The notes under the pieces were generated by a model that made no database searches, was not told where the DNA came from, and saw only the letters and a program-made list of their open reading frames with translations. A program made the position numbers and the translations under genes. Shown in pieces: positions 37,412 to 46,501 of a stretch of DNA of 64,000 nt (its first letter is position 1; each line of letters begins with the position of its first letter). Source of the stretch: Candidatus Woykebacteria bacterium (GTDB lineage Bacteria > Patescibacteriota > Microgenomatia > Woykebacterales > RBG-16-39-9b); NCBI GenBank assembly GCA_040876345.1, contig JBBDPM010000001.1, forward strand, positions 270,313 to 334,312, in the 5' to 3' direction.

Positions 37412-38521
37412 ATGAAAATTGCACTTAGTGGTGGGCACCTAACTCCGGCGCTTGCCGTAATTGACGAGTTTAAAAAAATGGCTAATGTTGAGATTATTTT
37501 TATTGGTAGAGCGCGCTCAACCGAGGGGGACGTGACGCCAAGTGCAGAATCGGTTGTGATTCCAAATTTAGGAATAAAGTTTTACGCAATTTCCGCAGGT
37601 AGGCTGCAGCGCCATTTAAGTTTGTATACTATTCCAAGTATAGCAAAAGTGCCTCTGGGAGTTATTCAATCCCTTGCGATTTTGGGCAAGGAAAAGCCAG
37701 ATATCATTATTTCCTTTGGAAGCTATGTTGCCCTACCGGTGGTTTTTTCAGGTTGGATCTTAGGAATTCCAACAATTACTCACGAGCAAACACTTAAAGG
37801 AGGGCTCGCGAATAAATTTATAACAAGATTTGCTAAAAAAATTGCGCTTTCTTGGGAAGAATCAAGAAAATACTTTCCAGGGGAAAAAACGGTAGTGGTT
37901 GGTAATCCGATAAGAAAGGAAATTTTAAATCTCAAGAGAGTTAGAACAAGCCGTCCGGTAATTTTTATTACTGGAGGCAATCAGGGGGCTCACATTATAA
38001 ACGAAACAGTTGGCGATGTTTTGCCTGATTTGTTGAAAAAATATGAAGTAGTTCATCAAACTGGTGGAAGTGAAGCTTTTAAGGATTACGAAAAGCTCAA
38101 GGCAGCTTCATCAATTTTGCCCAAAAGATTTCAAAACCGATATATTATTGAAAAATGGTTTAGTTCCGAGGAGATTTCTAAAATTCTCGCCAAGACCAGT
38201 GTTCTAGTTGGAAGATCAGGAGCAAATACAGTAAGTGAGACAGCTGCTCTTGGGGTACCGGCTATTTTCATTCCTTTGCCCCATTCTGCGGGTGGTGAGC
38301 AGACTATAAACGCGCAGATTTTGGAGAATCTTCAAGCGGCTGTAATTCTTCCGCAAGAGAGATTAACACCAAAAAGACTTTTAAATTCAGTAGACCATGT
38401 TGTTAAGAATTATAATCTGTTTAAAGGTAAAGCGCGGGAGGCAAGGAAAATAATAGACCCGAAAGCCGCTAAAAAACTAGTTGAAGAAACCCTGGCAGTC
38501 GCCAAATTATATGTTAAATAG
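37412..38521 (+). CDS. murG: Lipid II GlcNAc transferase
   Basis: GGHLTPA, HEQ, GNPIR, TGGNQGA, RSGANT, EQTINA. Confidence 0.93.
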   Translation: MKIALSGGHLTPALAVIDEFKKMANVEIIFIGRARSTEGDVTPSAESVVIPNLGIKFYAISAGRLQRHLSLYTIPSIAKVPLGVIQSLAILGKEKPDIIISFGSYVALPVVFSGWILGIPTITHEQTLKGGLANKFITRFAKKIALSWEESRKYFPGEKTVVVGNPIRKEILNLKRVRTSRPVIFITGGNQGAHIINETVGDVLPDLLKKYEVVHQTGGSEAFKDYEKLKAASSILPKRFQNRYIIEKWFSSEEISKILAKTSVLVGRSGANTVSETAALGVPAIFIPLPHSAGGEQTINAQILENLQAAVILPQERLTPKRLLNSVDHVVKNYNLFKGKAREARKIIDPKAAKKLVEETLAVAKLYVK

Positions 38522-39008
38522 AAGAAAGAAATTCTTAAAAAGGGGCGCGCCTCGGTTCGTCCAAATTGAGAAACCCCATACCAAAGCACGTAATAAACTA
38601 ATTTTTGTCGAGGTCTTACTCGTCTTAGTTGTTCTGGTTGGGATTGCCTACGGAGTAGTGAGAGTAACTAAGGTATCGTTACCCAATATTATTCACAACG
38701 CCTTTAGTGATGTTATCCCCAAATCTCCAATTGCAAATAGAAAAGAGGTTGTTGAGAGCAAGGCTACCCAGATTATTAAATCTTTGCCAGCCGGGCTCTT
38801 TTCTCTAAAAAAAGAATTATCAAGAACGGATGATAAATTAGTTATCAGTTCAAAGGAAGGAGTGACGGCAGTTTTTTCACTTAAAAAGGATGCTGCTTCC
38901 CAGCTTACTACTTTACAAAATCTTTTAACTAAAGCTAAAATAAATAAGAGGAAGATCGAAAAGATAGATTTTCGTTTTGATAAGTTGGTGGTCGTATACA
39001 AAAAATGA
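38511..39008 (+). CDS. Short FtsQ/DivIB-like protein
   Basis: Single TM, C-terminal IDFRFDKLVV, located between murG and ftsA. Confidence 0.6.
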   Translation: MLNRRKKFLKRGAPRFVQIEKPHTKARNKLIFVEVLLVLVVLVGIAYGVVRVTKVSLPNIIHNAFSDVIPKSPIANRKEVVESKATQIIKSLPAGLFSLKKELSRTDDKLVISSKEGVTAVFSLKKDAASQLTTLQNLLTKAKINKRKIEKIDFRFDKLVVVYKK

Positions 39009-39141
39009 CGCCCTGACCGACATAGAGTTTGGTGTGGGTGCAGCGTTTTCACATCCGATGTGTGATAAACTCAATAAGGAACTTAAAAATTAACATCCAT
39101 TGATTTAGAGACTGTTGGATGGAATACAATTGGGGAAAGTT

Positions 39142-40431
39142 GTGGCCAAAGAAAGAATAATTGTTGGAATAGACTCAGGGTCTTCAAAAATTGCAACTGT
39201 AGTCGCTAGTTTAGCTTCTGAGGGGGCACTTACGGTAATTGGTGTTTCAACTGTTGCCTCAAAGGGTATTAGAAAGGGGCAGGTGGTGGATATTGATGAG
39301 GCAGTAAGTGCGATGTCTGAGAGCCTTGAACAGGCAGAGCGGATGGCTGGTGTATCTATTGGTAGTGCCTTTGTTTCGGTTGGTGGCTCCCACATAAGTT
39401 CAGTCAATTCTCGAGGTGTGGTAGCCGTTGCCGGTGGAGAAAATGAAATTGCCGAAGAAGATGTCCAGAGAGTTACTGAAGCGGCCAGGGCAATTTCAAT
39501 TCCATCCAGCAGGGAAATAATTCATGTTATTCCCAGAGAGTTCGTGGTTGATTCTCAGGAAGGGATAAAAGATCCGGTCGGAATGACGGGTGTTCGGCTA
39601 GAAGTGGAGACTCATATCATATCTGGCGCAACAACCTCAATGAGAAACTTAGTGAAATGTATTCAGCAAGTGGGTATTGATGTGGAAGGACTGGTTTTTT
39701 CAGGGGTGGCATCTGCCGAAAGCACTCTTACCGACACCGAAAAGGAGTTGGGAGTTGCTCTAGTGGATATCGGCGGGGGCACAACTGATGTCGCCTTTTT
39801 TGTAGACGGATCAATTTCTCATTCAGTAGTAATTCCGATTGGTGGTAAAAATATAACAAATGATCTGGCAATTGGACTGCGCAGCTCTTTAGAAACAGCC
39901 GAGAAGATTAAAGTTGCTCTTAGTGACCAGTCTAAAAAAGTCTATCCCAAAGAGGAAAGTGAGGATAGCGAGAGCAAGCATGAAAGAAAAGATGATACTT
40001 TGGACCTTTCTAAAATTGGTATAACGGAAGATATTGGAACAGTGTCTAAGAAAACCTTGCTAGATGGGATCATTAAGCCCCGTCTCGTAGAAATTTTTAC
40101 CCTTATCGGTATGGAGATTAAGCGTTCTGGTTTCGCTGGACTACTGCCTGCTGGAATTGTAATAACTGGTGGCTCCGCTAAGACTTACGGTATTGAGGCT
40201 GTCGGTAAAGAAGTTCTAAGGATGCCGACCAGAGTGGCTGAGCCTTCGGGTGTGGGTGGCATAATTGATGAAATTTCATCCCCAGAATATTCAACCGCTG
40301 TTGGCCTACTTTCTTACGGCGAGAAAGTGACAGAGACGTCCTTTGGTCTCAGTCTAACAATAGGTAAGGGGTTTGCAGCTGCCAATTTGATAAAAAATTT
40401 GCTTCGTTGGCTACGCTCCTTTCTACCCTAG
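39142..40431 (+). CDS. ftsA: Cell division protein FtsA
   Basis: VGIDSGSSKI, GMTGVRLE, VDIGGGTT, ITGGSA. Confidence 0.95.
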   Translation: MAKERIIVGIDSGSSKIATVVASLASEGALTVIGVSTVASKGIRKGQVVDIDEAVSAMSESLEQAERMAGVSIGSAFVSVGGSHISSVNSRGVVAVAGGENEIAEEDVQRVTEAARAISIPSSREIIHVIPREFVVDSQEGIKDPVGMTGVRLEVETHIISGATTSMRNLVKCIQQVGIDVEGLVFSGVASAESTLTDTEKELGVALVDIGGGTTDVAFFVDGSISHSVVIPIGGKNITNDLAIGLRSSLETAEKIKVALSDQSKKVYPKEESEDSESKHERKDDTLDLSKIGITEDIGTVSKKTLLDGIIKPRLVEIFTLIGMEIKRSGFAGLLPAGIVITGGSAKTYGIEAVGKEVLRMPTRVAEPSGVGGIIDEISSPEYSTAVGLLSYGEKVTETSFGLSLTIGKGFAAANLIKNLLRWLRSFLP

Positions 40432-40479
40432 ACTTAGCTTGACAAACGTAACAAATTAGTTATACTCTTTCTGCTACAT

Positions 40480-41562
40480 ATGCTGATCAAACCAGAAGTA
40501 AATCGGTTTGCCAAGATTAAAGTTATTGGAATTGGTGGTGCGGGGTGCAACGCCCTGAATTCAATGATTAGCCTCCAACAAATCCAGGGGGTTGATTTTA
40601 TTGGTGTTAATACCGATGCCCAGGCACTTCTTACTTGCCAAGCCCCAACAAAGGTTCAAATAGGAGAGCAACTTACCCGCGGTTTAGGTTCTGGAGGCGA
40701 TCCGGAGATGGGTAGAAAAGCTGCTGAAGAATCAGTGGAAAAACTCTTAGAGATAGTTGCAGATTCTGATATGGTTTTTGTTACAGCTGGTATGGGTGGT
40801 GGTACTGGCACGGGAGCATCCCCGGCTATAGCTGAAGCTGCCAGGAAAAGTGGCGCTCTCACAGTGGCGGTAGTGACAAAGCCCTTCGCTTTTGAAGGAG
40901 CTCACCGAAGGATTGTGTCAGAAGAAGGTGTCGACAACCTGAAAGACAAAGTTGACACCATGATTGTTATCCCCAACCAGAGGCTTCTTGACGTGGTAGA
41001 TAAGAAAATGAGCCTGCTAGAAGCTTTTAAAGTAGCTGATTCGGTGCTCGGTCAAGGAGTTCAAGGAATATCCGACATAATAGTAATGCCAGGGCTAATA
41101 AATGTAGATTTTGCTGATGTGCGCACTATCATGACTAATGCCGGCAGTGCTCTTATGGGTATTGGTTTTGGCTCAAGTGAAGGAAAAGCAGCGTCAGCCG
41201 CCAGAAGTGCGATCGCCTCTCCACTTCTTGAAGTTTCAATTGAAGGCGCCAAAGGAATACTCTTTAATGTTACTGGTGGGCCAGACCTTTCAATGTTTGA
41301 GGTTGATGAGGCTGCAAAAATTATCTCTTCAGCTGCAAATTCAGATGCCAATATTATTTTTGGCGCCGCTATTGATGACGCTATGGTAGATCAAGTGAAA
41401 ATTACTGTTATTGCAACAGGATTTTCCGAAGATAAACTTCGTTCAATTGAAGCAAGGGAAGCAGCTGAAGCCCTCCCGAGCATGTCTGAGGGTTCCGAAG
41501 AAGGCGAAGAAAAGAAAGAAGAAGACGAATTTGATATTCCGACATTTATGCGCCAACGCTAG
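40480..41562 (+). CDS. ftsZ: Cell division protein FtsZ
   Basis: GMGGGTGTG, NVDFADV, C-terminal DIPTFMR. Confidence 0.98.
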   Translation: MLIKPEVNRFAKIKVIGIGGAGCNALNSMISLQQIQGVDFIGVNTDAQALLTCQAPTKVQIGEQLTRGLGSGGDPEMGRKAAEESVEKLLEIVADSDMVFVTAGMGGGTGTGASPAIAEAARKSGALTVAVVTKPFAFEGAHRRIVSEEGVDNLKDKVDTMIVIPNQRLLDVVDKKMSLLEAFKVADSVLGQGVQGISDIIVMPGLINVDFADVRTIMTNAGSALMGIGFGSSEGKAASAARSAIASPLLEVSIEGAKGILFNVTGGPDLSMFEVDEAAKIISSAANSDANIIFGAAIDDAMVDQVKITVIATGFSEDKLRSIEAREAAEALPSMSEGSEEGEEKKEEDEFDIPTFMRQR

Positions 41563-41571
41563 GTTTCAGGT

Positions 41572-41866
41572 TCACCACCTCGCAGATACTCTCTTTTTTA
41601 ATTTTTCGTAAAAGTTTTCTCTTAGTCCAATCATTATCACAACCGCAGAGTTTAGCTTAGGATAAATCACGTAAGCTACTCTATATTGCTTACCTTGATA
41701 AGAAAAGTGGGTAGGAGCGATAAACAGAAAGGCCACCTTTTAAAGGCTCTCCAACCGACGGGTCTTCAGAAATAGTCTTTAGTGATTGTAAGACTTTGTC
41801 TTTAAATTGCTTATCTAATTTGCGAAAATCCTTTTGAGCGGCTTTTTCTAGATTGATTGAGTACAT
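41572..41866 (-). pseudogene. RelE/ParE-family toxin with 1-nt frameshift
   Basis: MYSINLEKAAQKDFRKLD...PSVGEPLKGGLSVYRSY|HFSYQGKQYRVAYVI...MIGLRENFYEKLK; 295 nt, extra C near 41710. Confidence 0.8.
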
Positions 41867-42112
41867 TTACACTTCTTGGAGAAGTTTTTCGATGGGAACG
41901 GTGTCTGCAAGGGGGTCTTTTTTGGTAAGTAGAGAACGAACTCTAGACTTTAATTCGTCACTAAAATCTCTGTCAGAAAGAATATCCAACCCTTCGGCTT
42001 CCTGAGGCGAAAGTTTCTTAAACCTCTCCCAAGGCACAAGAACATACGAAGGCTTACCCTACTTATCAAGGACGATTTTTGATTTTGTAGCTAGAGTTGT
42101 TTTATAAGTCAT
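41867..42112 (-). pseudogene. Antitoxin-like gene with internal TAG
   Basis: MTYKTTLATKSKIVLDK*GKPSYVLVPWERFKKL...IEKLLQEV; TAG at 42059-61; its stop abuts the toxin ATG. Confidence 0.7.
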
Positions 42113-42279
42113 ACTAAAATTATAATATCATAGTATAAAATTTTAAGAAAGAACAACATTGTGTGACGCGAACAATGTATCCTGACCATATTGAAATTAA
42201 GGCTTGACTGGGGGGGGGGCAGGACGAATTAAAATTAAAACAGTTGATTATTTACTAGAACTTTTTATATACTAAAACT

Positions 42280-42999
42280 ATGCCAGAGAACACTAACCAA
42301 CCAACACCAACTCAACCAGCATCACAAGGAATTAATTGGAAAAATATCCTTATTGGAGTAATTATTGGTGCAGTTCTAGTTGGTGGTGGAGGCTTTCTAG
42401 TTTACAACGCCTATCAACCCAGGAAAGAAGAGCTAATCCAAACTACCACAACTCCAACAAAAACAGCGATGCCATCTGCTTCAAAAGATAAGTCTGGTAA
42501 GTGTGATACCTATTCAAATAAGGTTGTGGGAGTAGAATTTAAATGCCCAGAGGGCTGGTTTTTTGAAGAAACTACGATACATGAAGTTAAAACAGTAGGT
42601 CTTTCAGACAAACCTTTTGACTACGAAGGTAAAGATAATATTATGATTACTATAAATACTGGAGATAATAGCAATGACGCTAAATTCAGATTCAGGGACG
42701 TGGAAGAATTAAAAATTGGTGCAACGGAGACACGCAAACCAGATTCGGATAACCCGTACACAGCAAAGACAACTAGATTGGCGGACGTCGAACTTGGTGG
42801 GGTTAAAGGTTTGCAATTTGAAGAAATTGATATTCCAGTGAGTAAGAAGGAGGATATTACACCATACAATTTATACATCTACTTTAAGCGAAACGACGAA
42901 TACGGAGACATCAGTTTAACAGTTAGAGGTGAAACTACTTATAAATCTGCAAAGGAAATACTGAAAGAAATTCTTTCAACCTTCAAATTCCTCGACTAA
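42280..42999 (+). CDS. Membrane-anchored variable surface protein, family copy D
   Basis: INWK-TM-GGG, T-rich linker, TY.N...GVEFKCPEGW, C-terminal ILSTFKFLD. Confidence 0.8.
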   Translation: MPENTNQPTPTQPASQGINWKNILIGVIIGAVLVGGGGFLVYNAYQPRKEELIQTTTTPTKTAMPSASKDKSGKCDTYSNKVVGVEFKCPEGWFFEETTIHEVKTVGLSDKPFDYEGKDNIMITINTGDNSNDAKFRFRDVEELKIGATETRKPDSDNPYTAKTTRLADVELGGVKGLQFEEIDIPVSKKEDITPYNLYIYFKRNDEYGDISLTVRGETTYKSAKEILKEILSTFKFLD

Positions 43000-43387
43000 G
43001 CCTTTTAGTTTTGGTGCCAGTCCTGTAACTACGTTTTAGTGGGTTGACTACGTTAATGTTAAGTACTATATTAGAAATAATTAAAGTGATTTCTTAGTAT
43101 TAATTGATATAGCAAGAATAAGACGAATTAGATATTCCAGCGTTTATTCGGCAAAGATAGCCCCTATAATCTTCCTACAAGTTACTTATCTTCCAAATAA
43201 CATTAATTTAGCCTAAAAACCACGTCGCTTATCGCTTATTGCCCAACATTTTAGTAAATTTGCTTGAAAGACGTATAATAATCCATGACAACAGCGAAAC
43301 CTGTTGGTAAAAGATAGAGATCGAAATTGCGGTAGTCTTGAGGAGGCTTGCTGTCAAGCTTCCGAGCACCTGCGAGGGAGGTGACTT

Positions 43388-43642
43388 GTGTCACGCAGGA
43401 TAATCGTCATAACCGTCTCCAGGGAGTGGTGGGTGATTATTGGATTCATTCTGCTACTCATTGCCTTTCAGATAGGATGCAGCTTCCTAATCGGAAAGGT
43501 GTTTCAAGAGTTGCAGGAACCGCCGCTGGCCATACCAGTTGTGCTGGTGGTAGTAAGCCCCGCACTCACCCTCCTCTTCTACCGGCTTGCTGAAAGGAGG
43601 GCCGATATACAGATCAACCGTTGTACAGAACCCGATTTCTGA
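43388..43642 (+). CDS. Small two-TM hypothetical membrane protein (GC-rich islet)
   Basis: GGAGGTG SD before GTG; two hydrophobic segments; terminator follows. Confidence 0.55.
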   Translation: MSRRIIVITVSREWWVIIGFILLLIAFQIGCSFLIGKVFQELQEPPLAIPVVLVVVSPALTLLFYRLAERRADIQINRCTEPDF

Positions 43643-43668
43643 TCAGCGGCCCAACTAGTAGCGGTGCT

Positions 43669-43698
43669 AAGAGCGTCTTCTTGGTTGAGGACGCTCTT
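43669..43698 (+). terminator. Stem-loop after the 43388 ORF
   Basis: AAGAGCGTCTTC-TTGGTT-GAGGACGCTCTT. Confidence 0.6.
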
Positions 43699-43874
43699 CT
43701 CGCTTTTGGATACAGAGTTAGCCTCTAGTTAGGTCGTTGGGTTGACACTTGAGTATTTTCCAGCTATATTTTAAACAATGTCTAAAACTGCTCAAGACCC
43801 GCTTTTTTTAATTTCTTCAAGTAGTTCTGCAAGGTATGTTATCCTAAATTTCACAAGAGAGGAGGTTGAAAATT

Positions 43875-44198
43875 ATGGCTGATGCACCAGTTCAGGTGCC
43901 GCAAACACCCCAAGCCCCACAAACACCACCGGTCTCACAAGTTGTTCAGGGAGGTGGTAAGGGTATATCGTGGGGAAAAGTGATACTAACCGTAGTAATT
44001 ATTGTAGTTGTAACGGCTGCTATAGCCGGGGCTTTATGGTATTTTGTATTAAACAAAACTTCGGATAGTGAAGAGTCTTTAGGTAACGTCAGAATAACCA
44101 CCCCCAAGACTACCGCTTCAACAGACTCCGCTACGAAGTCGGCGACAAAATCCGCTGAAGCTACTAAATCTGCTACAAAGTCTGCAAACAGCGAATAG
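43875..44198 (+). CDS. Family copy E: anchor plus S/T/K linker only
   Basis: ISWGK-TM-ALWYFVLNK, (KSAT)n repeats, no core domain; GGAGG SD. Confidence 0.78.
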   Translation: MADAPVQVPQTPQAPQTPPVSQVVQGGGKGISWGKVILTVVIIVVVTAAIAGALWYFVLNKTSDSEESLGNVRITTPKTTASTDSATKSATKSAEATKSATKSANSE

Positions 44199-44225
44199 TT
44201 TTAGGGCCCACAGTTAATTTACATG

Positions 44226-44313
44226 TTGACAAAGGGGTGGACTTATTTGATAGAATGATGGTGGGCCCCTAAACCAAGTATAACTTGGACCCCTCTAAAG
44301 GAGGCCTTTTTTC
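44226..44313 (+). promoter_or_regulatory. pyrG promoter and attenuator-like leader
   Basis: TGnTAGAAT, GGGC 6 nt downstream, hairpin CCAAGT/ACTTGG, then CCTCT-AAA-GGAGG stem and T6. Confidence 0.6.
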
Positions 44314-45942
44314 ATGGCAAAAAAAGAAACTAAGTACATATTCGTTAGTGGTGGAGTTATTTCTGGGATTGGTAAAGGTATCACCACTGCTTCCCTGGCT
44401 GCGATTCTACAATCTAAGGGCTTCAAGGTTTCCCCAGTAAAAATTGATATGTATTTAAATGTTGATGCGGGAACTATTCGCCCTCAGGAGCATGGTGAGG
44501 TTTTTGTGACCGATGACGGAGTCGAGACTGACCAGGATTTAGGTCATTACGAAAGATTTTTGAATACACCCTTGAGATCAGCCAATTACATTACAACTGG
44601 TCAAGTCTATCAGGAGGTAATTAATAAAGAACGCTCTTTTGATTATGATGGTGAGGATGTTGAAGCAATACCCCATGTTACCGATGAGATAATTAGGAGA
44701 ATAAAAGAGGCTGGTACTTCTAGAGAAGCAGAGATTGTTTTAATTGAGCTAGGCGGAACTGTAGGTGAGTACCAAAACGCCCTTTTCTTTGAAGCCTCCC
44801 GTATTATGCAGCTTAAAAATTCTGGTACGGTAGCTCATGTGCACGTGGCCTACTTACCAATTCCTAAAAGCCTAGGAGAGATGAAATCTAAACCCGCCCA
44901 GCAATCAGTAAGGAGTTTAAATGAGATGGGAGTGCAGCCAGATATTTTGGTGGGAAGAAGCGAGTTACCAATTGATGAGCGTCGGAAAGAGCGTCTTGCG
45001 CTTTTTTGTAATGTGCAAGCAGAGGATGTGATATCAAATCCGGATGTAGGGACAATTTACGAAGTGCCCCTTATTCTTGAAAACCAACATATTGGTGAGA
45101 GAGTCCTTTCTAAACTAAATCTGGAATCTAAAGAAAAGGACCTTTCCGAATGGAAAGAACTATTAGCTAGGATTGATAACTTAAAAGATGAGGTGAATAT
45201 AGCGATTGTTGGTAAGTACTTTGCAACCGGCAATTTTCAGCTTGAGGATGTTTATGTATCAGTAATTGAGGCAATTAAGCACTCTGCATGGGCAAACTCT
45301 GTTAAACCAATTCTTCATTGGATCGATTCTGAGGATTTCGAGAAGGGTAAGTCTGCTGAGGAAGTTTTGGGCAACATGGATGGAGTAGTTGTACCAGGTG
45401 GTTTTGGAGGCAGAGGCATAGAAGGGGTAATAAAGGCGATCACTTACGCAAGAGAAGCAAAAAAACCCTATCTTGGTCTTTGCTACGGTATGCAACTTGC
45501 CACTATCGAATTTGCCCGCAGGGTTGCTAATATTAGTGAGGCTCATACAACCGAAGTTGATAAAGACTCGACCGATCCTGTGATTAATGTAATGCCAGAG
45601 CAAGAAAAATTGATGATCGGTAAAGAGTATGGTGGTACGATGAGACTTGGATCGTTTCCTTGTAAACTTAAAGACGGTACATTAGCAAGGAAGATTTATG
45701 GTGAAGAGGTGATTCATGAACGCCACCGCCATCGCTACGAATTCAATAATAGTTATAGAGAAAAATTGGAAGAAGCTGGCTTGGTAATTTCTGGAACTAG
45801 TTTGAACGGAAAATTAGTGGAAATGATTGAGCTATCTAACCACCCTTTCTTTGTTGGTACCCAATTTCACCCCGAATTTAAATCACGACCTTTACAGCCT
45901 CACCCAATCTATCTTTCTTTTATAGAAGCCTGTAAGAAATAA
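44314..45942 (+). CDS. pyrG: CTP synthase
   Basis: GGVISGIGKG, HGEVFVT, GLCYGMQ, ERHRHRYE, QFHPE. Confidence 0.97.
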   Translation: MAKKETKYIFVSGGVISGIGKGITTASLAAILQSKGFKVSPVKIDMYLNVDAGTIRPQEHGEVFVTDDGVETDQDLGHYERFLNTPLRSANYITTGQVYQEVINKERSFDYDGEDVEAIPHVTDEIIRRIKEAGTSREAEIVLIELGGTVGEYQNALFFEASRIMQLKNSGTVAHVHVAYLPIPKSLGEMKSKPAQQSVRSLNEMGVQPDILVGRSELPIDERRKERLALFCNVQAEDVISNPDVGTIYEVPLILENQHIGERVLSKLNLESKEKDLSEWKELLARIDNLKDEVNIAIVGKYFATGNFQLEDVYVSVIEAIKHSAWANSVKPILHWIDSEDFEKGKSAEEVLGNMDGVVVPGGFGGRGIEGVIKAITYAREAKKPYLGLCYGMQLATIEFARRVANISEAHTTEVDKDSTDPVINVMPEQEKLMIGKEYGGTMRLGSFPCKLKDGTLARKIYGEEVIHERHRHRYEFNNSYREKLEEAGLVISGTSLNGKLVEMIELSNHPFFVGTQFHPEFKSRPLQPHPIYLSFIEACKK

Positions 45943-45953
45943 ATCTGGGGATT

Positions 45954-46265
45954 TCAGAAAATTGAGCTTTCGGGGAAGTCCGGAAAAGAAACTTTTTGGG
46001 TATCAAAATCTTTTTTATCGAATTTTTCCATGAGCTCAAACACACATCTCACACCGGCCAAATTAATATTCCTTTTTGTGGTGAGGTAGCGGATAAATTG
46101 AAGTTTCTCGATATCTTTCTGGGAGTAGCGTCTTCGGTTGGTTTTTGTCCTTGATGGGATAACTAATCTTTGACTTTCATAGATCATCAGTGTTCTTGGG
46201 TGAACGCTTAAGATTTCGGCAGCGACCGAAAGAGTAAATAAGGGCTTAGAATTCTTTTCCTCCAT
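45954..46265 (-). CDS. MerR-family (HspR-like) transcriptional regulator
   Basis: SVAAEILSVHPRTLMIYE...P.RT..NRRRYS..DI, INLAGV. Confidence 0.85.
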   Translation of the reverse strand: MEEKNSKPLFTLSVAAEILSVHPRTLMIYESQRLVIPSRTKTNRRRYSQKDIEKLQFIRYLTTKRNINLAGVRCVFELMEKFDKKDFDTQKVSFPDFPESSIF

Positions 46266-46501
46266 GGACGTTTATACTATAACAAAATGTTATACTATTT
46301 CAAGTGTAAATAGTGTCTCCACCCCGATTATATTAGAAAATTTCCGGCCCTCTTTTGTAATCTAGGCTACTTGACAAGGTGTATAAAAGGTGTTACATCC
46401 ATGTTGTAAGGTTTTTGAAAAAGTAACCTAGTTTCTGCCCACTTTTAATTTCTACTGCCCAAAAGAAAAAAAGATCGAATTGGATTTTTGCCTGAAAGGA
46501 G

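Noticed and set aside
31283-42112. Internal stops as evidence of an alternative genetic code
   Set aside because: The internal stops are TAA and TAG and occur with frameshifts; TAA, TAG and TGA all end intact core genes
43000-43270. AT-rich intergenic stretch with a short ACTACGTT direct repeat
   Set aside because: No ORF or structure that I can support
25085-44198. Variable gene family as DGR targets or classical integron cassettes
   Set aside because: No reverse transcriptase, no TR/VR pair differing only at adenines, no integrase and no recognisable attC structure in the window
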